A model generated the notes under the pieces. That model searched no databases and was not told where the DNA came from. It was given only the letters and a program-made list of their open reading frames with translations. Position numbers and translations under genes: made by a program. A DNA stretch of 64,000 nucleotides, from assembly GCA_030704615.1 (NCBI GenBank), contig CM060733.1, positions 22,010,001 to 22,074,000 on the forward strand, written 5' to 3'. The DNA is from Takakia lepidozioides (Eukaryota; Plantae; Bryophyta). This document shows positions 24,922 through 36,566 of this stretch, piece after piece. Position 1 is the first letter of the stretch. Each line of letters starts with the position of its first letter.

Positions 24922-27900
24922 TCAATGAAATCTGGAATCCCGGTGGAGGAGTTTGTGCAGCTCGTTCACGCTCAACGTTGGTGCATGAATAAAGTCATCA
25001 ATAGTCAAGTTCATCCTCAACCTCTTCAAGTAAATGTAATACAGATGCTTGCACGGATAATACTTTGACCCATTCTTTGCTTCCATCAACGAGAAGTCCG
25101 TACAATTGCAAGTCGGCTCCACTCCAATCGTAATTGTGTATACGTCGTCGCGTACAGCTGAGCCGACCGTTGCCATCCGATAAACACGCCCAAGGCCGGG
25201 TGGGGGTACGTCCATGGAGCTCTGAATAGTGCAAGCCATCCCAAGAGCATTGGCAATCCGAGTCTCATTCAACTTGTTGGGAGGGTGTCGTTTCTTCCGG
25301 GTCTGAGGAACTGGAAACGAGTGGGCCGGGACGTCTGTGCGTTGCACCATTCGAAATCCTGCTGTAGAAAGAGCATCCGCCTCATTCTGAGAGAGGTTGC
25401 AATCCGGTGCAACAGGCCAGACGCCCGGAGGCTCCGGCATTCCTAAATCCCGTACTTGGGCTTGCCAAATACACAGGTCATTATGTCGTGCCTACACAAC
25501 CAAAACGTCTGCGTTGTGGCGTGAGAGAATGTGGGAGTCAAAAATATGCCGCTGAAACAAGGTGCAGGTACAGCACCGTGTGGGTTCCTCCGAATCATCT
25601 CACCACAACGTGCTCTCGTATCCACCCGGATGGCGCAACACTTCCCTCGAAATGCCGGCAATGTCCTTGCAATTCTCCATTGTGACTCCGACACTCTTGT
25701 CTCCACAATGGGTATGTTGTACTGCGTTACTATAGATGGCTCGCTATGTTCCTCGGGCACATGCCCTGTAAAAGGAGATGGCGATCTTGAACGTGCAGGA
25801 CTTGCGATGCTCCACGAGACCTCCTCGGGCAATATCACGGGAGCGTGCGAATATTCTTGTCAGCTCGCCATGAATCCTCTTCTCCGTCAGGTGCCTCATC
25901 AAGTCTTTGTCTCACTGGACGGGTGTGAACATCTCCTTCCAAGTGTTGGCCTCTTCGAAGCAATGGCGTGTCCCGAAGGCCCTCTCGCAAGGCTGCCGCC
26001 CACTTGCGAGGATTCTTCGATCTGGAGGCAGTCCGCATTAGTATTTCCTGCCTGTCCGGCCCCAAGCACCACTGTTTCCTTTTCAGGAACTCGTTGTACC
26101 TGCATTGCTGCATAATTGACCTGACAATGTCCTCCGTTGTGGCAGTAAGGATGTCCACCAGATGCGCCGCATAGGAGGCACGCTAGGAAGAATGTACTGA
26201 TTCGGCCATGTTTGTTGTCGGCATGTCGGTGTTGGAGTCTAGACCCATTTCCTTGCACATGCACATGTTGAGGTTACAAGCAAGTTACAAATAACGAGTA
26301 GCATAATATTCAACGGGACGCGAATTCGTCCAACTCACCTCCCGCATATAGTCGCCGAACTGGAGGAAACGATAATGCCACCATGCTAGCCAACTGACCA
26401 TTGCTCCCTCGTCTGGTTTCTTTACAGCACCTGACGTTGTCCACCAAGCCCGTATACATGCAAATTGTGTCTATGCATCGTCCAAGGTAGGAGCACGCTT
26501 CCACGCAAGACACATGGAACGGTGCTCTTCTCTGAAATTTGGCGCCACGAGCCGGGTTGTGTATTGCGACAAGCTCTGCAGAAAATGGAACCCACAAGAT
26601 CTCTCCTTGCCTTCCATCAGAACATTGGGGTCTTCCCCGTACACCCTTCGGACGGCAACCCAATTTGCTTGTGCGTTGTCCGCCATGAAACCATGGAAAT
26701 TGGGAGGGGGCAATCTCGCCCTGGCCATCTGTTTGTTTATTCCCTGCCAAAGAAGCATCTCCGATTGTGTGTCCTCTTCTTTCATCTCACAAATAACAAT
26801 GGTCATTAGCATCCTGCAGTGGGTGTCGTAGACATGTGCAGCCATTGTCACCCACTGGTGATTTGTAATTTGCTTGATATGGTCGAACATGACCCAACTG
26901 TTTGATAAGTCCCCACTCGTGATCCGGTCGACCAGTTCGACGCCGTTGCCAGGCCCACACGTGGACATTTTTAATACGAAACAACGATCTGCCTCAGTCC
27001 ATTGTCCAGGAAACCTACTTCCATGAATGTAGTCATATCCACATCGTCGTTTCACCTCAAGAATGGAGTGCATATCCGAGCCACGCCCAATTTTCTATTT
27101 AGAGGAGACAATGTGGTTTCGGACATTCGGTGAACAGACGTGGGACACTGACTCCAGCAATGCCTCCATTTCCTTCTCATTGAGAGGAACTCTGTCGGAG
27201 CCGTCTTCCGACATAAGTCTGGCCAATGCCATCTTATGGGCGGCCTGCAGCTGTATCTGTTTGGGTTTGGCACCAGGTCTCAACCTAACCTCCTCCTGAA
27301 CAAGCTGCTCTGCCTCGTGGGCAACCTCCCACGAGTTCCTCCTCGCCAATTTGTGACAATGGGAACCAACGTGTATGCAAGCTCGTGTGAGGTTAGGGAA
27401 ACGGTGCAACACATAGAACTGCTTGATGTTACAAACAGACAAGCAATGTGGAGGTGCTTTGCAATGCGCACACTTAAATGTGGAATCTGGAACCTTCTCC
27501 TGAGCTCAAAATGGTTGATGAGCTGTGCCTGTCCAATCCGTCTCGTTCCTGTAACCTCTGGATTTAAAGTGGAAGCAAGTTGGGGAGAAACACCGCAACG
27601 CGCCCGCACAGACAACGTAGCGCACCCGCACACCATCGAGCATCTTCATGCTGGTGGTTTTGGTGACGCACCAAGGATGACCGTCATGTTTCCTATCCAT
27701 ATCTGTCAACATTCCGGACGCCCTCGAATAGTCCGTTCGAGGAGGGAACTCAAAGAACATATTACCGTCGACATCTGCGGGTATCGGATTTAATTGCAAA
27801 CTTGCTATAGTCCAGCCCAGCCAGCTCCGAGCAGTGTCCCTCCATGTGAAGCCCTCGCAAAATTTCAAGAATGGATCGAATTGCTGTATTCGTGCTGGGA

Positions 27901-28280
27901 ATATGACTCCCTCGTCCGCTGATGTCCATTGAGGACTTGCCTGATCTCCAGGATGATCTCGGAACTTCCATGACCTCGTCGGAGTTGGACAGGTTGTGAA
28001 CAACCCGGTTCTCGCTCATCTTCAGTGATGGGTTCTGCTCTAGATTTACTTCGTTGCGGACTTCTCTCTTTGAGGTACCCACTCTTTGATTCGCGGATTG
28101 TTTTGTGGAAGGCGCCTTGATAGAAGGCGCATTTGGCGGGCAAATGAAGTCCCCAACAGCCCTGTATATGACGTTGTCCGATGGTGGAACTTGCCATTCC
28201 CTGCCGTCGCCGAAATCATCGTGGAGCACAACAATACTTTCGACTACAACTCCGTTTGAATCCTTTCTTTCCTCCTCCAA
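24922..28280 (-). mobile_element. Mutator/MULE-like transposase pseudogene: GCM/WRKY-like Zn region, DDE core, C-terminal SWIM finger
   Basis: DGHPWCVTKTTS...YVVCAGALRCFSPTC and RACIHVGSHCH (27360-27700); WVMFDH...CEMKEED...GFMADNAQANW...RSCGFH (26570-26900) fits the MULE D..D..CxxH pattern; PTCNCTDF...PCKHLYY (SWIM, 25035-25125); split by frameshifts and stops. Confidence 0.8.
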
Positions 28281-28835
28281 AAATACTGACCCCGGTTTTC
28301 AGGTGGTATCGAACGCAGAGATATTTCTCCATCACCCGGTAGATCTCCCCTCTGCACGGAAATGTAGCTCTATGCTCGTGAGGAGGGCAGTACAATATAG
28401 CGCTCGGGTTTTCTGCCATGGGAGTTGTGCACACAAGACTGCCAGGACGGCGTTCGAATAAGCGCCCTGGGAGAAGGGGGGATGCAGCAAGGAGAAGGAA
28501 TGCAGGGCCGATTTTTGGAAGCGACGAAGCCTATTCACGAATCCGGGGAGCCCACTCTCCCGAAAAACCACTGTCAGAGAGTTAATGAACCTTGTCTGCG
28601 GAATGCGGCCCCTGGCCTTTGCGCAATAACTGCCAACGGTATGCAGTCAGAAGGTATATGACCTGTGCAGATGCGCTGGGCAAACCAATCATTACAGCCT
28701 CTGACAAAAAGTGTGGGGGGGCGAGCGTGCAAGCACCTTCCCCATGGACTGAGGGAACTGACAGAGGTGGCATTCCAGTGGGTCTGATTACAAGATTGAA
28801 TGCCAGAACCTCGCTGCCAATCATCAACATACAAC

Positions 28836-29905
28836 AGCGGCGCCGAATTTGCATCCGAGGCCGGTCGGACAAAGTTGTCTCGGGGGTGAGTCAGTCACCT
28901 GGCCGACAGAGAACATTAAACGGCGCTGAATTTCCATCCGAGGCCCGTTGGATGAAGTCGTCTCGGGGGGAGAGGCCGACACCTGGCCGACTGAGATCAT
29001 CCCCCGGATGGAAACTCGGCGCCGTTTTTCCATCCGAGCCGGCCGGATGAAGTCGTCTCGGGGGGAGAGGCCGACACCTGGCCGATAGAGAACATCCCCC
29101 GGATGGAAATTCGGCGCCGAATTTCCATCCGAGGCCCGTTGGATAAAGTCGTCTCGAGGGGAGAGGCCGACACCTGGCCGACTGAGATCATCCCCCAGAT
29201 GGAAATTCGGCGTTGTTTTTCCATCCCAGCTGGCAGGATGAAGTCGTCTCGGGGGGAGAGGCCGACACCTGGCCGACAGAGAGCATCCCCCGGATGGAAA
29301 TTCGCCGAATTTCCATCCGAGGCCCGTTGGATGAAGTCGTCTCAGGGGGAGAGGCCGACACCTGGCCGACTGAGATCATCCCCCGGATGGAAATTCGGCG
29401 CCATTTTTCCATCCGAGCCGGCCGGATGAAGTCGTCTCGGGGGGAGAGGCCGACACCTGGCCGACAGAGAACATCCCCCGGATGGAAATTCGGCGCCGAA
29501 TTCCCATCCAAGGCCCGTTGGATGTAGTTGTCTCGGGGGGAGAGGCCGACACCTGGCCGACAGAGAGCATCCCCCGGATGGAAATTCGGCGCCGAATTTC
29601 CATCCGAGGCCCGTTGGATGAAGTCGTCTCGGCGGGAGAGGCTGACACATGGCCGCCAGAGGACATCCCCCGGATGGAAAAACGGCGCCAAATTTCCATC
29701 CGAGGCCCGTTGGATGAAGTCGTCTCGGGGGGAGAGGCCGACACCTGGCCGACTGAGATCATCCCCCGGATGGAAATTCAGCGCCATTTTTCCATCCGAG
29801 CCGGCCGGATGAAGTCGTCTCGGGGGGAGAGGCCGACACCTGGCCGACATAGAACATCCCCCGGATGGAAATTCGGCGCCGAATTTCCATCCGAGGCCCG
29901 TTGAA
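28836..29905. repeat. GC-rich tandem array, 95/96-bp unit, ~11 copies, each with a 30-bp palindrome
   Basis: GGATGAAGTCGTCTC-type unit starts at 28950, 29045, 29141, 29236, 29329, 29424, 29520, 29616, 29712 and 29807; perfect palindrome GGATGGAAATTCGGCGCCGAATTTCCATCC at 29101-29130. Confidence 0.97.
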
Positions 29906-30104
29906 TGAAGCCCGTATCGGCACTTCTTCAAGATTTTTTAGTCGTTGCATCAAGATTTTTCATGTTTTTTTTGTCTGGTTACACACTAAACTTGGAGTTT
30001 TTTGCCTACAGGCCACATTTGGCACGTTATTCCCACCATTCTCGTCCGCTAAAGACAAATTTGTTGCTGGTTTGCCATCGATGAGGTGGACCGAATCACC
30101 TGTA

Positions 30105-30392
30105 GGATGGAAATCCGGCGCCGGTTTCCCATCCAGCTTCTCTCCGTGTTACCTGTGGGATGGAAATTCGGCGCCGGATTTCCATCTGGCCGAGCTCCAA
30201 ATTACCTCTGGTATGGAAATTCGGCACCGGATTTCCATCCGGCCGCACTCCGAATTACCTGCAGGATGGAAATGCGGCGCCGGATTTCCATCCGGTGTCT
30301 CCTGGATAAAAACGGCTCGGGCGGAGGGATGGCCTCGTTGCGTCATTCTTCATCCGCTGGATGGGAATTCGTCGCCGATTTTTTCCATCCAG
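30105..30392. repeat. Second array of the same palindrome with shorter (~52-bp) spacing
   Basis: GGATGGAAAT(T/C/G)CGGCGCCGG(A/T)TTTCCATC near 30106, 30158, 30211 and 30264, plus a variant at 30359. Confidence 0.9.
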
Positions 30393-33388
30393 CGGGCGAT
30401 TGACGAAGTCTCGGGGGGAGGGTGGGCGCCTGTGACCGACCTCCATACCTACAACATTTAATGGCGCAGTTGGGCATTAAATGTCCTCCGCCGTCGGTTT
30501 TGAACCGGGCTGGCGACACAGGGATTCCGCGCTTGCTTCCCGGATATGCCTTGGAAACCTGATGCTAAACTTGGATGAACTTCTATTCGAGGCATGTACG
30601 CACACATACTGCGAGATTTTTTTTCTTTTGCTGGGACTTATGCCGCGTGGAGAAGGGCGTGGCTCTCCTGAGAGAAACCCAACATCCAGACCGCGGTGGA
30701 AGCTGAAGGCTTTGTACTACGGGCGACGTCCAACCTCTCGTATGGCCAAACTTATGCTCCAGCAGGAAATTCCATTGTCTTGCTCACAACCCGCTCCAAC
30801 TGAAGCCGAGCACTCTCAGGTTCCGCCCCTTCCTCTTTCGGTTTTCTTCGTTTTTTTGTTTGTTTTCGCATCTTCTGCCTAGCAGCCCTGGAAGCGCATG
30901 GTTGCATCGCAAAAGCACGAGTTGTTGAATGATCAAGGTCAAAGTGTTTAGAAAGGAGCCAAGTCGTTGCTGCATTAAGATTTGCAACAGGGTGCACACC
31001 TCGCTGTAGATAACAAGTTGCATCTCGGAATTAAGAAAATCCATGATGAGCTGAGAAGATTGTCTGAGCAGATGAAGTGCCTTCAAAACATTTCACCCTG
31101 TTTTCCCGTCTCATGGAATTCGTGTTTCATGTTGATTTCTGCAAGTTACTGGTTTAGTGAACCTTAGATAGTTTGCAATGCGTGTGCATGTCATTCATAG
31201 GCATTGCTTGGATTTGTTTTTCATTGTTGTTCCATGCCACTCCATACTTGGTTTTGTTTTGTTTTCATTGTTGTTCCACGATTGTTGCGATGGTGGTTGC
31301 GCTGCTCGTTGCGATGGTGGTTTTCATTCCAATGTTGGTTCTCACGATTTTTGGGGATGACAGAGTGACGACGAGCCCGACACGCTGGTGGTATCATCGA
31401 CAGCTCCAACTGTTTGAGTAGTGACTCCAAAAGCCGTTACTCATCGCATGTTTGGATCGCCCAACTTGGGATGGGAGGGCAAACTAAAACCTTTTGTTGG
31501 TGGACGGGAGGACCTGCAGCGAGAGTACGACAGAATAGGCATTGGGGAGGTTGGTGCAAGCGGCATGGCAGGTGAAGGGCGTTGGATGAGGACAGCAGAT
31601 CCGGCAATGGAGGATGTTGATGCACATGCAGTAGGGCCAGCCCACGCAAAGAAGAAGAAGAAAGCGAAGCACATGCAATCCCCGGCGAGAGAGCCGTCAC
31701 GGGCTGTGGAGGGGGGAGTGAGCAGGGCGCGCGAGGGTGTCAGTTCGCCTCAATCAAAGGTGGTCGTCCTGGAGGCCTCCCCTGCTGCTACCCCTAGTAA
31801 GAAACAGAAGGCCCGTGAGAGGGCAAAAGAGAGGGCAAAAGAACAGGCGAGACAAAAGGCTAGCCATGAGGCAAGAGAAAAGGCCACTGAAGAGGCTAGG
31901 GGTGTCGAAATGACAGATGCCCATGTAAGCGAGGGACCCACAGAGACGGTGGATCCCTCCAAGACACCACAAAGAGGCAGTAACACACAGGTTACACCAT
32001 CGCGGGCAGGAGTAGCCCCCGCAATTACCCATACGGTGGAGACTGGAGGAGGTGAAAGAACACCACAAAGAGCACGGATTGTGCAAGTTTGAGGTGAAGC
32101 CGGGGAGAGGGCAGTAGAGACGGAGAGAGTGCTCCAGGTGCTTCCGCCGGAGGATGACCATGTTGAGGACGACAAGAGGGAGCTTTATGACCAGGATGAC
32201 ATCCTCCCGGACATCCCTAGGCCCCAAACCTGCATCATACAGGCCCGATTTGGCGGTCCGGGTGGGCTATTGGAGAACCCCCCTGCAACAGACGTCATGT
32301 CGGAGGCGGATATGAAGTTGGCCGCTGCCAAGATGTTGGAGGCAACCCACAACAACATTGGCAGGGTCCTGGGGGGCATGGTGTACCCGGCCAAGCTTCG
32401 GATTCCCTTTTGCCGCTAGGTTTCATTGCAGGTGGTGAGACCTGCCCTTCCAGGCGATATCGACAAGCTGAAATTCTCTTTCCGGGAGGGATATCGAATG
32501 GGGTCTGCCGCGTTTTACGTTTCCATGGAGAACGACCACGGAGCTTCTCGTGCCCACACTTCCGATGAGGTGGACAAATGGGGTCCCCATTGGCAAAGGC
32601 GAAATGAGGAATTCGAGAGATTGATTGCTACTGATCCTCTTTTCCAGCACTTGTCCGGAAAGATGTTTACGTGTGGGACGGCAATCATTGCCTCCTGGCA
32701 TGGATGGAGTACATAGCCCAAGCCCACCCCAACGACTTGGATTGGCATTTCGCCGTGGAGTGTGTTGTGCTCAAGGTTACGGGGCCCAAAGATCGTAGTC
32801 TTCTCAAAGCGGCAATGGCAGACATCAACTCGTAAGTTATAATGCTTCTTGCTTTGGAACTTTGAATTTGAAACAGTCATTTCATTGCCAATCGTCATAT
32901 TTGTTGCAAATTCTCATTTTTGTATTGTTTAATGGAAATGTGGCATTGCAAGGTGACTGAGAATGCCTTCATTGCCACCAACTTGTCCCATATGCTCTTC
33001 CGAGTGAAGGATGTCGGGAAGCACGGGGTGCAAGAGTTTGCCAATTCGCTCAGTGCCGACCTCCTGCGCAAGTCGGAGGCAAAGGCAGACAGAACCTGGT
33101 ATAGGCTGAGCATTGACACCATGGTGGACTACATACGGGTAAAGCTCCTCACTGTTTTGTTGAGCTAATCTGTCTCTCCTCCCCCAATAGAAGAAAAAGT
33201 GTGAGCAGGATCTCTAATCTTATGTGCGCATTCTTGACAGACAAAAATTCAGCAGGATTTGGCACATGCGCGGAGGTTCTACATGGAGACAGAGGAGAAG
33301 AAATTAAACGTCCCGACATTGGAATCGTATCTCAAAGTTGCGGAGGCGAAGGCCTGCATCAAGTACAAGTCGCGGATAGTAAAGTACG

Positions 33389-34114
33389 TGTCGCGGCCCT
33401 TTGCCTTGAGGGCAGGGGGTCGGGACACAGACGGGGCTGCCCCTGTGGTGGGGGCAGTAGCAGCGATAGGTACGGGGGCTGAGGCACCCTTGAGTGCCCA
33501 AGGCACTCAAGGAGGCGGAGGCGCTCACTAGGCGGAGCCCCGCACACCGGGTTGCGGTGGGGGTGGCTCCACAAGGGGTGGTGGTAGCTTAGCGGGACTT
33601 AGTGGGGGTGGCATAGGACTCACCATGGGGTGGAGACCTCGTGGTGGGAGTCGTGGGGAGTCTTGGGACTCATCACGGCGCAATGGGGCCGTGGTGAGTG
33701 GGCCAAGACTCACCGCGACTCACCACCGGGAGTCGAGGGTCTTCGTGGTGGTTCACCATAAAATGGCATGGTTGTTTGTGAAACCCCCGCGGACAGCTAC
33801 AGAAGTATATATAAGGGGAGTAGTAACCCCGAGAACGGTGCAAGCCCGTTGGTGAACAAGAACTAGTGAGTAAGCGAGCGAGCCGGAAAGTGACCAAAGA
33901 GTGGGGAGCTGTTCCGGACTGCTGATACCAAAGGGAATTGCCACTAGGCCCAAATTGGTGGAGGGTCTTTCGGGAGATCGAAGGGGGACCATTATGTCCC
34001 GGTGAGCAGCCAAAGCTCCAAGTTGGCCCGGCGGCCAGGTTGGGAGTCAGGCGCGCGCATCAAAGCGAGTAACTATGACTTGAAGGGGAGCTTACCGAAG
34101 TGAGGTGTGCGACA
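33389..34114 (+). repeat. 5-prime LTR (726 bp)
   Basis: TGTCGCGGCCC...GTGCGACA; TATATATAA inside; direct repeat of 40366-41092. Confidence 0.97.
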
Positions 34115-34116
34115 CT

Positions 34117-34128
34117 TGGTATCAGAGC
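34117..34128 (+). promoter_or_regulatory. Primer-binding site (tRNA-iMet)
   Basis: TGGTATCAGAGC two nt after the LTR. Confidence 0.95.
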
Positions 34129-34169
34129 TTAGAGTTCAGTACGTGATCATCCTTGGGATCGGCCTCATC

Positions 34170-36536
34170 ATGGGGTCGGGCAAGCCAAAGCGAAAGCGGA
34201 ACGGCCCAAAAGATGATGATCCTGGTGAGCCCGATGGGGGCGATGTGTCACCGAGGCGGCCGTTTGAGGAAGCGATGCATGTTTCTGAAAATGAGGCCGC
34301 TCAAGAGCGGGAGGAATCCAAGGAGTCGGAGCCCGAGGAATCCTTGAGAGCTCCGACAAACCAACAGATGCCTCCCATGTCGGTAGCCTTTTGGAAAGGG
34401 TTGTTGGCGCAGTTTGGCGGGACGTTGAAAGACGTGTTGAAGGCGGCTAATGCCACTTCCACTAAGGCAAAGTTTAAGGTGAAGCCTAAGGAACCCGGCA
34501 CCTTCGAGGGCGTCCGAAATCGGAAGGCACTCAACACCTGGCTTTTGGAGCTAGAGCAGTACTTCCGGGCGGCCAAGTTGAGTGACGAGGATCGGGTGGA
34601 AGTGGCTCCCACCTATTTGAGGGGCTATGCTCAACAATGGTGGCAGAAACGCCTTCACGACCGAGGTCCAAGCCCGGAAACCTTGAACTGGAGTGGGTTC
34701 AAGGAATTGATGAGGAGATAGTTTGTGCCTCTCAACGCGTCCTGGCTTGTCCGGGACAAGATGAGGAATTTGAAGCAAACAAATGACATTCGGGGATATG
34801 TCCAGGCTTTCAATGTGCTGTTGCTCGAAGTCGCGGATATGGCAGAACCAGAAATGGTCTTTGTGGCGGGATTGGCCCCATGGGCCAGGCGGAAGTTGGA
34901 GGAGAAGCCACCTAAGACTTTGAACGAGGCAATTGAGAGGGCTGAATGTTTCTCGGATGTCCCTAGGGGTGAAAGACAAGACCGTACGGAGCTGAACCAC
35001 AAGAAGACCCGGCGGGAAGGTGACTCCTTCCGACCGGAAAAGAAGTGGGATAGGCCACACGGCGACAATGGCACGTGGAAATCAAAGGGAGGGCCTTCAT
35101 ACGTCAAGGCGGCACCTGGTGCTTCGAAAGGAAAAGCGGGTGCAGCCGCTTATGGCGGACAGAAGGCGACCTTTGATGGAGTGTGTTTCAATTGCGGAGA
35201 GCCCGGGCACATGGCCAAGAAGTGCACGAAACCCCGACAATTGAACATGACTTGGGCAACCACGGAGCTGTCAGAAGATACCATCAGTCGCTTGGTGGAA
35301 GCAGTGGTCGCCAGGACTTGCAAGGTAGGCAACTATTCTTGTCGCGCACCTCACTTCGGTAAGCTCCCCTTCAAGTCATAGTTACTCGCTTTGACGCGCG
35401 CGCCTGACTCCCAACCTGGCCGCCGGGCCAACTTGGAGCTTCGGCTGCTCACCGGGACATAACGGTCCCCCTTCGCTCTCCCACTAAACCCTCCACCTAT
35501 TTGGGCCTAGTGGAATTCCCTTTGGTAGATGGCAGTCCGGAACAGCTCCCCACTCTTTGGTCGCTTTCCGGCTCGCTCGCTTACTCACTAGTTTTTGGTC
35601 ACCAACGTGCTTGCACCGTTCTCGGGGTTACTACTCCCTATATATACTTCTGTAGCTGTCCGCGGGGGTTTCATAACCAGCCATGCCATTTTATGGCGAA
35701 CCACCACGAAAACCCTCGACTCCCGGTGATGAGTCGCGGTGAGTCTTGGCCCCACTCACCACGGCCCCTATGGACCGTGATGAGTCCCAAGACTCCCCAC
35801 GACTCCCACCACGAGGTCTCCGCCCCCATGGTGAGTCCTATGCCACCCCCACTAAGTCCCGCTAAACTACCACCACCCCTTGTGGAGCCACCCCTACCGC
35901 AACCCGGTGTGCGGGGCTCCACCTAGTGAGCGCCTCCGCCTCCTTGAGGGCCTTGGGCACTCAAGGGTGCTTCAGCCCCCCATACCTATCGCTGCCGCTG
36001 CCCCCACCACAGGGGCAGCCCCTTATGTGTCCCGACCCCCTGCCCTCAAGGTAAAGGGCCGCGACAATTCTTGTGAGTTGTATCAGGAAACTGGCGCGTT
36101 GTGTAAAGGGAGTCACTTATTGTTCGTGGATGGGATAATATCCGGAACTAATGTGTCGTTGTTGGTGGACACAGGAGCGTCGCACTCCTTCATGACGCCA
36201 GCGGCGGCGCAAAAGTTGGGACTCCCGACAAGTGACGTGGGGGCCTCTATTGAGGTGCATTCTGCCAAAGGAGAACCACAATTGGCGACAAGGTTGGCGT
36301 TCGATGTTCCTCTTCAACTGGGGAGTTGGGAGGGACGTGAGAACTTCACCATCTGCGAGATCGATGGAGTGGATCTCATTTTGGGGATGACCTTTTTGAG
36401 CAAATCCGGAGCGGTCATAGATGGCCGCAAGAGAGTAGTCACGCTGCCACGTTGGAATGGTGGCGAGGTCTTACGAGTGTCGGAAATGCCCAAACCCATG
36501 GGAGGGCGAATAAACCTTCTGTCAGCAAGGGAGTGA
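34170..36536 (+). pseudogene. gag: gag plus aspartic protease, interrupted by an in-frame TAG (34719) and the solo LTR
   Basis: PKEPGTFEG...WLLELEQYF...YLRGYAQQWW; zinc knuckle CFNCGEPGHMAKKC; LLVDTGASHSF; frame is restored when 35340-36071 is removed. Confidence 0.92.
35340..36066 (-). mobile_element. Inverted solo LTR of the same family nested in the element
   Basis: Reverse complement of the LTR, 727 bp; TSD ATTCT at 35335-35339 and 36067-36071. Confidence 0.97.
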
Positions 36537-36566
36537 GCCGTGGAGGAGGCACACGAGCCCTAGTTT

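Noticed and set aside
28836-30392. CRISPR-like array of palindromic repeats
   Set aside because: Spacers in the main array are repeated rather than unique, there are no cas genes, and the context is eukaryotic. It is a tandem repeat.
28592-30461. Many overlapping ORFs (MEIRRRISIRG..., GWKFGAEFPS...)
   Set aside because: Artefacts of translating a GC-rich palindromic repeat on both strands.
33279-34013. ORFs inside the LTRs (also 35501-35926 and 40203-40931)
   Set aside because: Chance open frames in GC-rich LTR sequence with no protein motifs.
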